Source: an uncultured bacterium
GTDB taxonomy: Bacteria; Krumholzibacteriota; Krumholzibacteriia; LZORAL124-64-63
Assembly: GCA_963732385.1 (NCBI GenBank)
Contig: CAVSZB010000004.1
Coordinates: forward strand, 96,001-160,000
Direction: 5' to 3'
Length of the DNA: 64,000 bases
Shown here: positions 1 through 10,479 of the stretch, piece by piece
How positions within the stretch are numbered: position 1 is the first letter of the stretch
Layout: every line of letters starts with the position of its first letter
Translations under genes and position numbers: made by a program
Notes under the pieces: model-generated
Told to the model about the DNA's origin: nothing
Database searches by the model: none
Seen by the model: only the letters and a program-made list of their open reading frames with translations

Positions 1-2185
1 CAACCAGCGCAAGGGGACAGTGATCCAGTGGGCCAAGCTGCCGGCCGAGTTGGCCACCTGCTCCGCGCTGGTCATTCCGAGTACGGTGACTTTCCCGATA
101 GCTCTCGGCGGCGTCTACCTGGATAACGTTGACCGGGAGTTGGAATTCTCCGTGAATTCCGGTGGGGCGATCGGCTCGGCGACCCGCAACCGGGTGGTGC
201 TGAAATGGGCGAACCGGTACGCCAGCCGTACCGGTCAGATCGACGGGGAAATCAACCTGAGCAACAGCGGTGGTCTGTGGCATTTCGTACCTGGCCAGGG
301 GATGACGCAGGTCAATGGCGGGTTCCCCATGACGCTTCCCTATACCGGCGTCAACGCCTTCGCGCAGGCACCGAGTGCGCCGCAGATCCTGCTCGCGCAT
401 CTCGGCACGCGGGGGTTGTGGCGACGGGAGGGGGAGGGTGACTGGGCTCGACTCAATCCGGAGACCCTGCCCGACAATTGGAATGAGGGTGGCGTCGTGG
501 CGATCAGCGCGATTGCAATTTCGCCAGGCGATCCGAACCGCTTCGTCGTTGGCACGTCCGGTTCGACCGGGCGCGGCATGTTCGTCACCGCTGATGGCGG
601 GCAGACATTTCGCCAGTTCGCCAGTGACCTCGATCCGCTCTCTTTGCCGAACTACCAGGTCACCGCCCTGACCTGGTCAGCGGACGGACCGATCTACGCG
701 GCGGTGCGCAACCTCGGCGTATTCGTCTCGCTCAACAATGGTGAAAGCTTTATCAAACTGGTGAACCTGACGGTGCCGGGCGAATTCGGCACGCCTGATT
801 CACCCCTGATGCCGCCGTTGGTCAACGCGATTTTCTGCGATCCCGACGCCCCTTCCACGGTCTACTTCGCGCTGAAGGACTACCGGCTCTACCGGACCAC
901 CGACGGCGGGGCCTCCTGGGGGCCGCTGAACGGCGACTGGGGTCTGTCCCCGGAACGGGCGATCACGGGACTGAACGTGGCGCGCGATCCGCAGGATCCA
1001 CAGGTGCTGCTGCTCGGCACGCAGGCGTGGGGGCTCTGGCGGACCAGCAACGGGGGTGCAACCTGGGGGGAAGTTGCGGCAAGCCTGCTGCCCGGACCGA
1101 ACAAGCCGCTGGTCAAGGGTCTGCTGTTCGACGCATCAACTCCCGGTCGGGTCTATGCGCTTGTCAACGGCAGTGGAGTGCTGGTCAGCGAAAACCACGG
1201 AGCCGACTGGTCGCTGCTGGCTTCGCAGCCCGGAAATCGTCTGCTGACGGGGATCACCGCGGATGCGAACGGGGATGGGGCGATCTGGCTCGGCACGTAC
1301 GATGGCGGTATTTACGTTCCGGGTACCTCGCTGCCGCTGGCGAACACGTTGTTGACTACCAGCGATCCGATCTATTGGAATTTTGATCCGGGGCTGAGCC
1401 TGGCGTTCACGCCCGGCTCGGCTGCGGGGGATACGGCGGCCACCGGCACGAACTTTTACCTGAAGTGCCAGAACTTCCAAGGCTATGGCGTATGGCGGAG
1501 CGAGGGACACGATCCGATCCTTGTTCGCAACATGGCCTTGATCGGCGTCTACGATCTGTCGAATCCGCAGACCTGCCTCGAGGGCTTCTGCGGCGATTTG
1601 AACTTCAATATCACGCCGGACTGTTTCGAGGAGCGGCGGGCCGCCTGCTTTAATTTCAGCCGTGGAGACACGATCGAATTCTTCGACGACAACATCTTCA
1701 ACGGCTTTGAATACAACTACGCGGTGACCACCTTCGATTACGGCAGTACGGCGAACATCGATCCGGCCACGCTTTCCAACGACCTTCTCTACTCGCCGCG
1801 CTTTCCGGATGATGAGAACTCCATCTTCTGGGGCGAGGGCAATCTGATTCCGTTCCGGGTCGATCGGGCAGCGGAACCTCCGCTCGACGGCGCCGAGATC
1901 TTTGTCTACCCGAATCCGCTGCGGCGCGGCGCCGGCTTCAGGGGGAGCGAGGGGGACCGGGTCGTTTTCACGAATCTGCCCCCCGACAGCCGTATCAAGG
2001 TCTGGACGGAGGATGGCGATTTTGTGGCCGGGTTGCCACGGGCTGAGCAGCCCCAGGCCGGCGCCAATATCTACTGGGATACCCGCAATGAAGGTTCCGA
2101 GCCGGTCGCCTCCGGTATCTACTTCTGGAAGGTCGTCATGCCGGGGCGGGGCGACTTCTACGGGAAGCTCGTGGTTATTCGCTGA
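1..2185 (+). CDS. Secreted BNR/Asp-box beta-propeller protein with C-terminal FlgD-Ig/T9SS-like domain (probably 5' partial)
   Basis: Repeated Asp-box motifs (TADGGQTF, SLNNGESF, TTDGGASW, TSNGGATW, SENHGADW); C-terminal VYPNP...YWDTRN...VASGIYFW; reading frame is open to the window edge. Confidence 0.75.
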   Translation, partial: NQRKGTVIQWAKLPAELATCSALVIPSTVTFPIALGGVYLDNVDRELEFSVNSGGAIGSATRNRVVLKWANRYASRTGQIDGEINLSNSGGLWHFVPGQGMTQVNGGFPMTLPYTGVNAFAQAPSAPQILLAHLGTRGLWRREGEGDWARLNPETLPDNWNEGGVVAISAIAISPGDPNRFVVGTSGSTGRGMFVTADGGQTFRQFASDLDPLSLPNYQVTALTWSADGPIYAAVRNLGVFVSLNNGESFIKLVNLTVPGEFGTPDSPLMPPLVNAIFCDPDAPSTVYFALKDYRLYRTTDGGASWGPLNGDWGLSPERAITGLNVARDPQDPQVLLLGTQAWGLWRTSNGGATWGEVAASLLPGPNKPLVKGLLFDASTPGRVYALVNGSGVLVSENHGADWSLLASQPGNRLLTGITADANGDGAIWLGTYDGGIYVPGTSLPLANTLLTTSDPIYWNFDPGLSLAFTPGSAAGDTAATGTNFYLKCQNFQGYGVWRSEGHDPILVRNMALIGVYDLSNPQTCLEGFCGDLNFNITPDCFEERRAACFNFSRGDTIEFFDDNIFNGFEYNYAVTTFDYGSTANIDPATLSNDLLYSPRFPDDENSIFWGEGNLIPFRVDRAAEPPLDGAEIFVYPNPLRRGAGFRGSEGDRVVFTNLPPDSRIKVWTEDGDFVAGLPRAEQPQAGANIYWDTRNEGSEPVASGIYFWKVVMPGRGDFYGKLVVIR

Positions 2186-2203
2186 GTCCGGGCGGTTGAG
2201 GAC

Positions 2204-2231
2204 TTGAAAAGACCGTGGCCCAGTCGATACT
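2204..2231 (+). promoter_or_regulatory. Putative sigma70 promoter for ppdK
   Basis: TTGAAA-N16-GATACT in the intergenic region. Confidence 0.35.
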
Positions 2232-2324
2232 GGGTCACGGTTTTTAACGAAGGGCGCCGTTGTGGGGCGCCAGGTTCCGAATGGAGAGCCTCGTCCGGTG
2301 GCGATGGCTGGCGGGAGGATCCCA

Positions 2325-5048
2325 ATGAGCGAGAAGCTGGTCTACGTTTTTGGCGACGGACGCGCCGATGGCGACGCCTCGATGAAGAATCTGCTCGGAG
2401 GCAAGGGGGCGAACCTGGCCGAGATGGCCCGCCTTGGTGTGCCGGTGCCGCCAGGCTTCACCATCACGACCGAGGTCTGCACGCACTTCTACGCGCGAGG
2501 GCACGCCTACCCCGACGGCCTGCGGGACGAAGCGGCCGCGGCCCTGACCGGCATCGAGCGGGAGATGAAGATGGGCTTTGGCGATCCGGACCGGCCCCTG
2601 CTGGTCTCGATCCGTTCGGGCGCCCGCAAGTCGATGCCCGGCATGATGGAGACCGTGCTCAACGCCGGTCTCTGCTCGCGCACCATTCCCGGCCTGATCA
2701 AGCTGACGGACAATCCGCGGTTCGTCTATGACGCCTACCGTCGTCTCATCATGATGTATTCCGACGTGGTGATGGAGAAGGCGGCCGGCCTGGAGCCGGC
2801 TGAGGGGCAGGGGATCCGCCAGCAGCTCGATCGCCTGCTCGACGGGGTCAAGAAGGCACGTGGCTGTGCCTCGGACGCCGATCTTTCCGTCGCCGATCTG
2901 AAGGATCTCGTCGCGCGCTTCAAGACGCGGGTCGCGGAGGTGCTAGGCAAGGAGTTTCCTGACGACGCGCAGGAACAGCTGTGGGGAGCGATCGGGGCGG
3001 TCTTTTCGTCCTGGAACGGCCGGCGCGCCATTTCTTACCGTCGGATCGAGGGCATTCCTCACGAGTGGGGCACGGCGGTCACCGTGCAGGCGATGGTGTT
3101 CGGCAACATGGGAGATACGTCGGCCACCGGCGTGGCGTTTTCGCGCAACCCGGCCACCGGCGAGAACCGTTTCTACGGCGAGTGGCTGGTCAACGCGCAG
3201 GGCGAAGATGTCGTGGCCGGTATTCGCACGCCCAACCCCCTGAACGAGGCCACGAAAAGCGAGCAGAACCGCCACCTGCCGTCGCTCGAGTCCGGCATGC
3301 CCGAGGTCTACGCCCGGCTCGACAGCATCCGGGGCGATCTCGAGAAGCATTTCCACGACATGCAGGACATCGAGTTCACGATCCAGGACGGACGGCTCTG
3401 GATGTTGCAGTGCCGGGTAGGCAAGCGGACCGGCACCGCCGCTCTGAACATCGCGATGGACATGCTGGCGGAGGGGCTGATCGACGAACGCGAGGTTGTG
3501 CGCCGCGTAATGCCCGCGCAGCTGGACGAGTTGCTCCACCCGATCGTGGATCCGCAGGCCGAGAAAACGGCGCCGCTGCTGGCGAGCGGCCTGCCTGCCG
3601 GTCCGGGCGGCGCCACCGGGCAGATCGTTTTCACCGCCGCCGATGCGGTGACGTGGGCCGCGCAGGGCAGGACGGTCATCCTCGTCCGCGAGGAGACCAA
3701 CCCCGAAGATGTGGAAGGGATGCGTGCGGCCGAGGGGATCCTGACCGCCCGCGGTGGCATGACCAGCCACGCGGCGCTGGTGGCCCGTGGTTGGGGCAAG
3801 TGCTGCATCGTCGGCTGCTCAGGTCTGCACGTCGATGTGCACGCCCGTACGCTCACGGTCGATGGACAGGTGCTCAGGGAGGGCGACCCGGTCACGCTCA
3901 ACGGCACGCGCGGACGGGTCTACGCGGGGCGGCTGGGGATGGTGAGCGCGACGGAGAATCCGCGCTTCGTGGCGTTCATGCAGATCGCCGACCGGTACCG
4001 GCGGCTGGGGGTGCGCACCAACGCCGATACGCCCGAGGACGCTCTCAAGGCTCGCGGTTTCGGCGCCGAGGGGATCGGACTGTTCAGGACCGAGCACATG
4101 TTCTATGGCCGGAATTCCGAAAAACCGCTGTTCTTGCTGCGCCGGATGATCGTATCGGCGTCCGAGGCGGAGCGCCGGGCGGCGCTGGACGAACTGTATC
4201 CCTACGTGAAAAAGGACATCAAGGACACCCTGGCCGTGATGGACGGACTGCCGGTGACGTTCCGCCTGCTCGATCCGCCTCTGCACGAGTTCGTGCCGAA
4301 GGAGGCGGCGGAGCGGGCCAAACTCGCGCAGGCGCTCGGTATCACGGCGGCGGATCTCGATCAGCGCGCCGAAGCGCTCCACGAGAGCAACCCGATGATG
4401 GGGCACCGCGGGGTGCGGCTCGGGGTCACCTACCCGGAGATCACCGAGATGCAGGTGCGGGCCATCCTCGAGTCGACCGTGGAGTTGACGCGCGAGGGGA
4501 AACGGGCGCTGCCGGAGATCATGGTGCCGGTGGTCGCGGCGGTCAGTGAGCTGGACCACCAGAAGGTCGTGGTGGATCGCGTGCACGCCGAGGTGTGCGT
4601 GGCTTTCGGCGTGGACAGGGTCGATTATCTGTACGGAACCATGATCGAGATCCCACGCGCGGCCCTGACCGCCGATCGCATCGCGCGCACCGCCCAGTTC
4701 TTCTCGTTCGGCACGAACGATCTTACGCAGATGACCTTCGGTTTCTCGCGGGACGACATCGGCGGGTTCGTGCCGGCCTACGTGGAGCAGAAGCTGCTGC
4801 CGGTGGATCCGTTCCAGGTGCTCGATCCGGACGGCGTCGGTCGGCTGGTGGCGATGGCGTGCGAACTCGGCCGCCAGACGAATCCGCACCTGCACCTCGG
4901 AATCTGCGGCGAGCACGGAGGCGAGCCGAGTTCGATCGCCTTCTGCCACCGGGTCGGACTCGACTATGTGAGTTGTTCACCTTTCCGCGTGCCCATTGCC
5001 CGTCTGGCCGCGGCCCAGGCGGCCCTCGAGGACGCTGCGGGACAGTGA
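2325..5048 (+). CDS. ppdK: Pyruvate, phosphate dikinase
   Basis: LLGGKGANLAEM, GGMTSHAA phospho-His motif, GIGLFRTEHMF, FSFGTNDLTQ, GICGEHGG; GGGAGG SD before ATG 2325. Confidence 0.97.
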   Translation: MSEKLVYVFGDGRADGDASMKNLLGGKGANLAEMARLGVPVPPGFTITTEVCTHFYARGHAYPDGLRDEAAAALTGIEREMKMGFGDPDRPLLVSIRSGARKSMPGMMETVLNAGLCSRTIPGLIKLTDNPRFVYDAYRRLIMMYSDVVMEKAAGLEPAEGQGIRQQLDRLLDGVKKARGCASDADLSVADLKDLVARFKTRVAEVLGKEFPDDAQEQLWGAIGAVFSSWNGRRAISYRRIEGIPHEWGTAVTVQAMVFGNMGDTSATGVAFSRNPATGENRFYGEWLVNAQGEDVVAGIRTPNPLNEATKSEQNRHLPSLESGMPEVYARLDSIRGDLEKHFHDMQDIEFTIQDGRLWMLQCRVGKRTGTAALNIAMDMLAEGLIDEREVVRRVMPAQLDELLHPIVDPQAEKTAPLLASGLPAGPGGATGQIVFTAADAVTWAAQGRTVILVREETNPEDVEGMRAAEGILTARGGMTSHAALVARGWGKCCIVGCSGLHVDVHARTLTVDGQVLREGDPVTLNGTRGRVYAGRLGMVSATENPRFVAFMQIADRYRRLGVRTNADTPEDALKARGFGAEGIGLFRTEHMFYGRNSEKPLFLLRRMIVSASEAERRAALDELYPYVKKDIKDTLAVMDGLPVTFRLLDPPLHEFVPKEAAERAKLAQALGITAADLDQRAEALHESNPMMGHRGVRLGVTYPEITEMQVRAILESTVELTREGKRALPEIMVPVVAAVSELDHQKVVVDRVHAEVCVAFGVDRVDYLYGTMIEIPRAALTADRIARTAQFFSFGTNDLTQMTFGFSRDDIGGFVPAYVEQKLLPVDPFQVLDPDGVGRLVAMACELGRQTNPHLHLGICGEHGGEPSSIAFCHRVGLDYVSCSPFRVPIARLAAAQAALEDAAGQ

Positions 5049-5130
5049 GGCGCTGCCTCGCGCCGGCCGGTCCCGCAGGACCGGCCGGCGCTCATCAGGC
5101 CGCGTTCGCGAGCGGTCGGCGGAGGTCGGA

Positions 5131-5655
5131 ATGATCCTGAACGGACGCATCGGCCCGTTTTCGGTCGTGGACGTGCTGCAGTTCCTCTCGCTGTCGAGGG
5201 TCACCGGGAAGCTGGTGCTCGACACGCGGCGGGAAAAGGCGCGGATCTACTTTCACGACGGCACCCTGGTCTATGCCCGACGCGAAGGACCGACGGAACG
5301 GCTGGGCGATCGTCTGGTGCGACTCGGCCTGGTGACCGCCTCGCAGATCGCCGGCGCCGACATCCGGGTCGAGATCAACCCCGACAAGCGGCGGATCGGC
5401 CAGATCCTCGTTGAGGCGGGATCGCTCGACCAGGCCCGGTTGCAGCAGGTCGTGCGCGACCAGATCCTGGAAACCGTGTACCACATCCTCGCGTTCGGAG
5501 CCGGCGAATTCCGCTTTTTTGCGGATGTCCTGCCCGACGGCGAGGACATTCTGCTGGACGTCAGTCTCGACCTGCTGCTGCTCGAGGGGCTCAAGAAGAT
5601 GGACGAATTACGGCGCGACGGCGGTCCGGAAACCGGCGGGACCAGCGCTACCTGA
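5131..5655 (+). CDS. DUF4388 (PATAN-like) domain protein
   Basis: G.I..FSVVDVLQFL...TGKL...IYFHDG.LVYA, RLGDRLV, RRIGQILV, GEFRF; GGAGG SD. Confidence 0.8.
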   Translation: MILNGRIGPFSVVDVLQFLSLSRVTGKLVLDTRREKARIYFHDGTLVYARREGPTERLGDRLVRLGLVTASQIAGADIRVEINPDKRRIGQILVEAGSLDQARLQQVVRDQILETVYHILAFGAGEFRFFADVLPDGEDILLDVSLDLLLLEGLKKMDELRRDGGPETGGTSAT

Positions 5656-5815
5656 AACGCCGTCCCCTGAGCCGGCGCCGTCGGTCCGACCCGTCCGCGC
5701 GCCGACTTCCGCGATTCGCCATTCAAGGCGGCCGCCCGGCGGCCGAAACCTACCCTGGAAGCGATCGGACGCGAGCCAGACAACGGCCGCGTCGGCGGCG
5801 TCCGGGGAGGTTTCA

Positions 5816-6202
5816 ATGGACAGTATCCACATCCATGCCCGACGGCACGAGCCGACCGGCGCCACGGTCATCTCGGTCCACGGTTTTCTCGACACCGCCA
5901 CTTCCGTCGACCTGGAGAAGGAACTGCAGCGGGTGCTGCGAGCGCGCTGCTGGCAGGTCGTCATCGATCTGTCGGGGGTCGACTACATCAGCTCCGCGGG
6001 CTGGGGGATTTTCCTCAGTGAGATCCGCCATATCCGCCAGCAGGGGGGGGATCTGCGGCTGGTCGGGATGAAGCCCGAGGTATACGAGGTCTATGAACTG
6101 CTGGAGTTCCGCTCCGTGCTGGCGCACCACTGTTCGCTCGACGAGGCGTGCGCCGGTTTCGCGCCGACGCTGCGTGACGAATCGATGTTGCTGCCGGGTT
6201 GA
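5816..6202 (+). CDS. STAS-domain anti-sigma factor antagonist
   Basis: GFLD, VIDLSGVDYISSAGWG (phosphorylatable Ser), GGDLRLVGM; GGGGAGG SD. Confidence 0.9.
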   Translation: MDSIHIHARRHEPTGATVISVHGFLDTATSVDLEKELQRVLRARCWQVVIDLSGVDYISSAGWGIFLSEIRHIRQQGGDLRLVGMKPEVYEVYELLEFRSVLAHHCSLDEACAGFAPTLRDESMLLPG

Positions 6203-6282
6203 CAGGTCGACGATCCTGACGGATCCTGCCATTAACGGCCCGGCCCGCAGCCGGGTCGTTTTCGTATGTTGCGGAGGCTCCC

Positions 6283-8571
6283 GTGCATGTCGCCTGGTCC
6301 CTGCCCCCCTGGGCCTGGCCGCTGCTGTCGGTGGCGGCGGTGGGGCTCACGGTCTGGGCGCACCGTCATTATGATCGGGCCGACCCCCGCCCGGTGCCGG
6401 TCGTTCGTCGCTGGCTGACCGGGCTCCGTGCCGCCACCTTCGTACTGCTTCTGCTCGCGCTGGCCGGCCCGACCGTCCTGCGGTCATGGCAGGAGACGCG
6501 GATCCCCGGAATCGTCGTCGTGATTGACGATTCGGCCAGCATGGACCTGCCGGACGGTCCGCAGGGCGAGACGCGCTGGTCGCGCGCGGTGCGTCTGGCG
6601 GCCCGGCTTGATTCTGTTTTGAGCCGGCGCGAGCCGGCCGCGCGGGTCCGTCTGCTGCGCGGCAACGGGCTGACCCCGGCTCGCGATCTCCGCGCCGCCG
6701 ATGGCACCCTGTCTCCACCCGGGGCGGTCGGCACCGATCTGGCGGCCCTGCTGCGGGAGGCCGCCGGCGGGGGCGAAGGGGATCCGCCCCGGGAGATCGT
6801 CTTGTTCACTGACGGTCACAATACCGAGGGGCGTACGGTCGCGGTAGGCGCGCTCGGCGGCCTGGGCGAGCCGGGGAACGCCGGTGGCGCGACACTGCTG
6901 GTCGTGGGTGTGGGTGACCCGGTCGGCCCCCCAGACCGGTTCCTGCAGGACCTGCGCTATCCCCGGACGGCCTACGTCGGGGAGGAGGCTCTGGTGGAGG
7001 TCGCCGTCGGCGGTCGGGGCGGGACGGCCGGGCGGGAGCCGATCACCGTGCGGCTGCGGGAAGGGGACCGCGTGGTCGCTGAGGGGACGACGCCGGCGCC
7101 GGAGGGGGACGGCGTGGTGACGGTCACGCTGCCCGTACGGCCCGCCATGCCCGGTCTGACGGTCTACGACCTGGAGATCGCTCCGCTCGACAACGAGCGT
7201 TACCTCACCAACAACCGGGCGACACTGGCCGTTGACGTGCGCCGCGATCCGGCACGCCTGCTGTTGCTGGCCGGTCGGCCCAACTGGGACGTCCGTTTCC
7301 TGGCGCAGGGGGCCGCGGCGGTCGGGCGGCTGCGTCTGGAGGTCGTGCGCGGCGGACCGGACGGCCCGGTACTTGCCGACAGCAACCGCGCCTGGCAGAC
7401 GCCCCGCACGGAGGCGGGCTGGCGCCGCTGGGACGGGATCGTGCTCGTGGGGTGGAGTGGCTTCGGCGCGGACTTTCCCTGGGAGATGCTGGCCGCGGCG
7501 GTGCGCGAGGGACGCGGTCTGCTGGTGCTGGCTGCCGACGATCCCGCGGCCCCGGGGCCGCCGGCCGCGTTGTCCGAGCTGCTGCCGGTGGACGGGCGTG
7601 GCGCCGTCTGGTGCGACGGGCCGCTGGCGCTGCGCCCGGTGGCGGACGCGGTGGAACATCCGCTGCTGGCCGGCCTCGACGGCGGTGCTGCGGCCGGCTC
7701 CGGGCTCGAAGGTGATCGTCTGCCGCCGCTGACCCGTCTCCTGGTGGTGCGGCCGCGGCCGACCGCGCAGGTGCTGCTCACGGCCGAGCCGTTGCCCGGC
7801 GCCCCCCCCGGCGCCGGGGGAACGTTGCTGGCGGCCGCGCGCGCGGGCGAGGGGCGGGTCGCCTGGTTCGGCGGCCGCGACCTCTGGCGGCTGGCCTTTT
7901 GGGAAAGTCCGCGATCCTCGCTCGCTGATCTTCCTCACCTCGGGCGCGGGCTGGTGCGGAACCTGCTCGTCTGGACGGCGAGTGGCGCCGCGACGACCGG
8001 CCTGAGTCTCGCCGGGGGACGGCAGGTGTTCGCGGAGGGGGAGCGTGTTCCGATCGAAGCGCGCGGCGACGACGGTCCCGGGCGCGACGGACCGGGCGGA
8101 CGACCACCGCTCTCGGTCCTCCTGCGTGCGCTCGAAGGACCGGCCGTCGGCCGGGAGCGGGTCTTTTCGCTGGAACTGGTGGCCGCTGATTCCTCCCGCG
8201 CCCGCACCGTGCTGCCGCCGCTACCGGCCGGCCGGTACGAGTTGATCGCGCTCGCCGGGGGCGCGCCGGTTCCGCAGAGTCGGGCGCGGGCGTTCGCGGT
8301 CGCGCCGCAGACACTCGAAGGGAGCCAGACCACCCAGGACCGTCGCAATCTGCGCGCGCTCGCGGCCGGGGCCGGCGGGGTTTTCCTGCCGGGCGAGACG
8401 GCCGATGCCTGGCGCCGTCTGACCGAGGCGTTCGACCGGCAGTCGCCGGAGTCCGGCACGCGGACGTTGCGCGGTCGCTGGGATCCGTTGAGCGGCTGGC
8501 CGCTGGTTCTGCTCGCCACGGTCCTGCTGGGCGCCGAGTGGGCGCTGCGGCGCAGCCAGGGTCTGTTGTAG
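6283..8571 (+). CDS. Membrane-anchored vWA / glutamine-amidotransferase-like domain protein
   Basis: N-terminal TM helices, MIDAS-like DDSASM...TD...LFTDG, Ig-like segment, C-terminal TM ending AEWALRR. Confidence 0.7.
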   Translation: MHVAWSLPPWAWPLLSVAAVGLTVWAHRHYDRADPRPVPVVRRWLTGLRAATFVLLLLALAGPTVLRSWQETRIPGIVVVIDDSASMDLPDGPQGETRWSRAVRLAARLDSVLSRREPAARVRLLRGNGLTPARDLRAADGTLSPPGAVGTDLAALLREAAGGGEGDPPREIVLFTDGHNTEGRTVAVGALGGLGEPGNAGGATLLVVGVGDPVGPPDRFLQDLRYPRTAYVGEEALVEVAVGGRGGTAGREPITVRLREGDRVVAEGTTPAPEGDGVVTVTLPVRPAMPGLTVYDLEIAPLDNERYLTNNRATLAVDVRRDPARLLLLAGRPNWDVRFLAQGAAAVGRLRLEVVRGGPDGPVLADSNRAWQTPRTEAGWRRWDGIVLVGWSGFGADFPWEMLAAAVREGRGLLVLAADDPAAPGPPAALSELLPVDGRGAVWCDGPLALRPVADAVEHPLLAGLDGGAAAGSGLEGDRLPPLTRLLVVRPRPTAQVLLTAEPLPGAPPGAGGTLLAAARAGEGRVAWFGGRDLWRLAFWESPRSSLADLPHLGRGLVRNLLVWTASGAATTGLSLAGGRQVFAEGERVPIEARGDDGPGRDGPGGRPPLSVLLRALEGPAVGRERVFSLELVAADSSRARTVLPPLPAGRYELIALAGGAPVPQSRARAFAVAPQTLEGSQTTQDRRNLRALAAGAGGVFLPGETADAWRRLTEAFDRQSPESGTRTLRGRWDPLSGWPLVLLATVLLGAEWALRRSQGLL

Positions 8572-8637
8572 CGCGCGTCTGGCGGCAGGCGCGCGGCGGA
8601 TACCTCCCCGATCGGTTCCTTCCCCTCCCGCGGCTGT

Positions 8638-10479
8638 TTGTCACGCATCGCCCCTGCCGGGGCCTTCGTCTCCTCCCGTCCCGCATTCCGGAGGTGCGCC
8701 GTGCGGAGCGGTCGGGGCAGGTTTGTTGCCACGCTGCGCCTGTCAGGCGCGGTGGCGCTCGTGACGCCGTGCTGGGCGGTGGCGGCCGTCGTGCTCAATG
8801 AGGTCCTGTACGATCCGTCCGGGGCGGACGCGGGCAAGGAGTTCATCGAACTCTTCAACCCGGGGCCGGCCGCCGTCTGCCTGGCCGGGTACCGTCTCCA
8901 GACGGCCAACGGCGCCGACAGCCCCCCCTCCTGGTCGACCCGCTGGACCGGCGCTCTGGCCGACACGATCGAATCTGGTGGCCGGTTCCTCGTCGTGGAC
9001 ACCGGCTGGACCGGTCCGCCGGCCGCCGCGGCGACGGCCACGCTCGCGCTGCAGAACGGTCCCGACGCGCTGCGTCTGGCGCGGCCCGGAACGTCCGATG
9101 ACCGGCTCGGCTACGGCTCCCTCGCGGCGCCCGATTTCTGCGAGGGGGCGCCCCATCCGGGCGTGCGCGCCGGACAGTCGCTGGCCCGGCGGCCCGATGG
9201 GCGCGACACGGACGACAACGCGGCCGATTGGGTGGGGCTCGACCTCCCGACGCCGGGAGCGCCGAACTTCGCGGCCCGTGCCGCCAAGGTGGAGTCGCTG
9301 ACGGCGGAGCCGCCTATGGCGGCGGCGGCCGGCTGGCCGGTGACCGTGGCGCTGCGCCTGCGCAACGTTGGTCTCGAGCCGCTGCCGGCCGGACTGATCC
9401 ACCTGCTCGTCCTGCCGGAGGGGGAACCTGGCGCGGCGGCCCAACCGGAATCGACCGCGGCCTGGCTGGAGGCGATCGGACCGGGCGAGGCCCGCGTGCT
9501 CAGCTTCGTCTGGACGCCGGCCGCCGAGGGGCGGCACCGGCTTCACCTGACCAGCGCCCCCGACTCGTGCGGCGTCGGACTGAGCCTTCCGGCAGGCGAC
9601 TATCAGGTGGGGCCGGCAGGTCCGTATCTCAGCGAGGTGATGGCCGCCCCGTCCACGGGCTGTTGCGAGTGGGTGGAGGTGGGCAACGCCGGCGCGGAGG
9701 CGTGCGCGCTGGGCGCGCTGCAGTGGCGCGACGAGGACAGCACCTGGCGGTCCCTGCCGCCGCGCGTGCTGATGCCTGGCGAACTGGTGGTGCTCGCCGC
9801 CGACGTGTCCAGACTGCTCGCGTGGTGGCGCGGCGCCGGCCGCGAGGGAGACGGGGAGTGTGGGGCGGCGAGTCTGGCGGAACGTTCGCTTGAGCCGTCC
9901 GGCGCCTGGCCGTCGCTCAACAACAGCCCGCCGTCTGGGCGCGCTTTTGCCGACCGGCTCCTGCTGGCCGACTCTGAGGGAACGGTGCTCGACTGCGTCG
10001 TGATCGGGGGCGACGGACTCGGCGTGCCGGCGGGACGCAGCCTCGAACGGGCGTACCTGCGGCCGCGAGGCCAGCCGGCGCGCAATTGGGGTCCGTCCAG
10101 CGCGGCCGCGGGCGCCACGCCCGGCTGTCCCAACGCCCTCTCACTCATGGCTCCGTCCGCGGTCGGGCCGGCGCTGAGGCCCAACCCGTTCGACCCTGCC
10201 ACGGGCGCCCTGCTGCATGTCCAGTTCTCTCTGGAGGGCCCGGAACGCGCGTGGGAGGCGAGGATCTTCGATCTGTGGGGACGGCATGTGCGCGATCTCG
10301 GGGGAGACGCGCTGGGACCCGGTCCACGGGATGCCGCCTGGGACGGACGGGACGATGGCGGCGAGGCGGTGGCGCCGGGCGGCTATGTGGTGGTCGTGCG
10401 GCGTTTCGCGGCTGATGGCGGGCTGCTCGGCAGCGCGCGCGGTCTGGCGGTCGTCGACGCGGAGCGGGGTCGGCCGTGA
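8638..10479 (+). CDS. Lamin-tail-domain protein with C-terminal FlgD-Ig-like domain (true start likely somewhat downstream)
   Basis: LNEVLYDP...EFIELFN and LSEVMAAP...EWVEV lamin-tail motifs, PTPGAPN; C-terminal PNPF...IFDLWGRHVR...WDGRD. Confidence 0.75.
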   Translation: MSRIAPAGAFVSSRPAFRRCAVRSGRGRFVATLRLSGAVALVTPCWAVAAVVLNEVLYDPSGADAGKEFIELFNPGPAAVCLAGYRLQTANGADSPPSWSTRWTGALADTIESGGRFLVVDTGWTGPPAAAATATLALQNGPDALRLARPGTSDDRLGYGSLAAPDFCEGAPHPGVRAGQSLARRPDGRDTDDNAADWVGLDLPTPGAPNFAARAAKVESLTAEPPMAAAAGWPVTVALRLRNVGLEPLPAGLIHLLVLPEGEPGAAAQPESTAAWLEAIGPGEARVLSFVWTPAAEGRHRLHLTSAPDSCGVGLSLPAGDYQVGPAGPYLSEVMAAPSTGCCEWVEVGNAGAEACALGALQWRDEDSTWRSLPPRVLMPGELVVLAADVSRLLAWWRGAGREGDGECGAASLAERSLEPSGAWPSLNNSPPSGRAFADRLLLADSEGTVLDCVVIGGDGLGVPAGRSLERAYLRPRGQPARNWGPSSAAAGATPGCPNALSLMAPSAVGPALRPNPFDPATGALLHVQFSLEGPERAWEARIFDLWGRHVRDLGGDALGPGPRDAAWDGRDDGGEAVAPGGYVVVVRRFAADGGLLGSARGLAVVDAERGRP

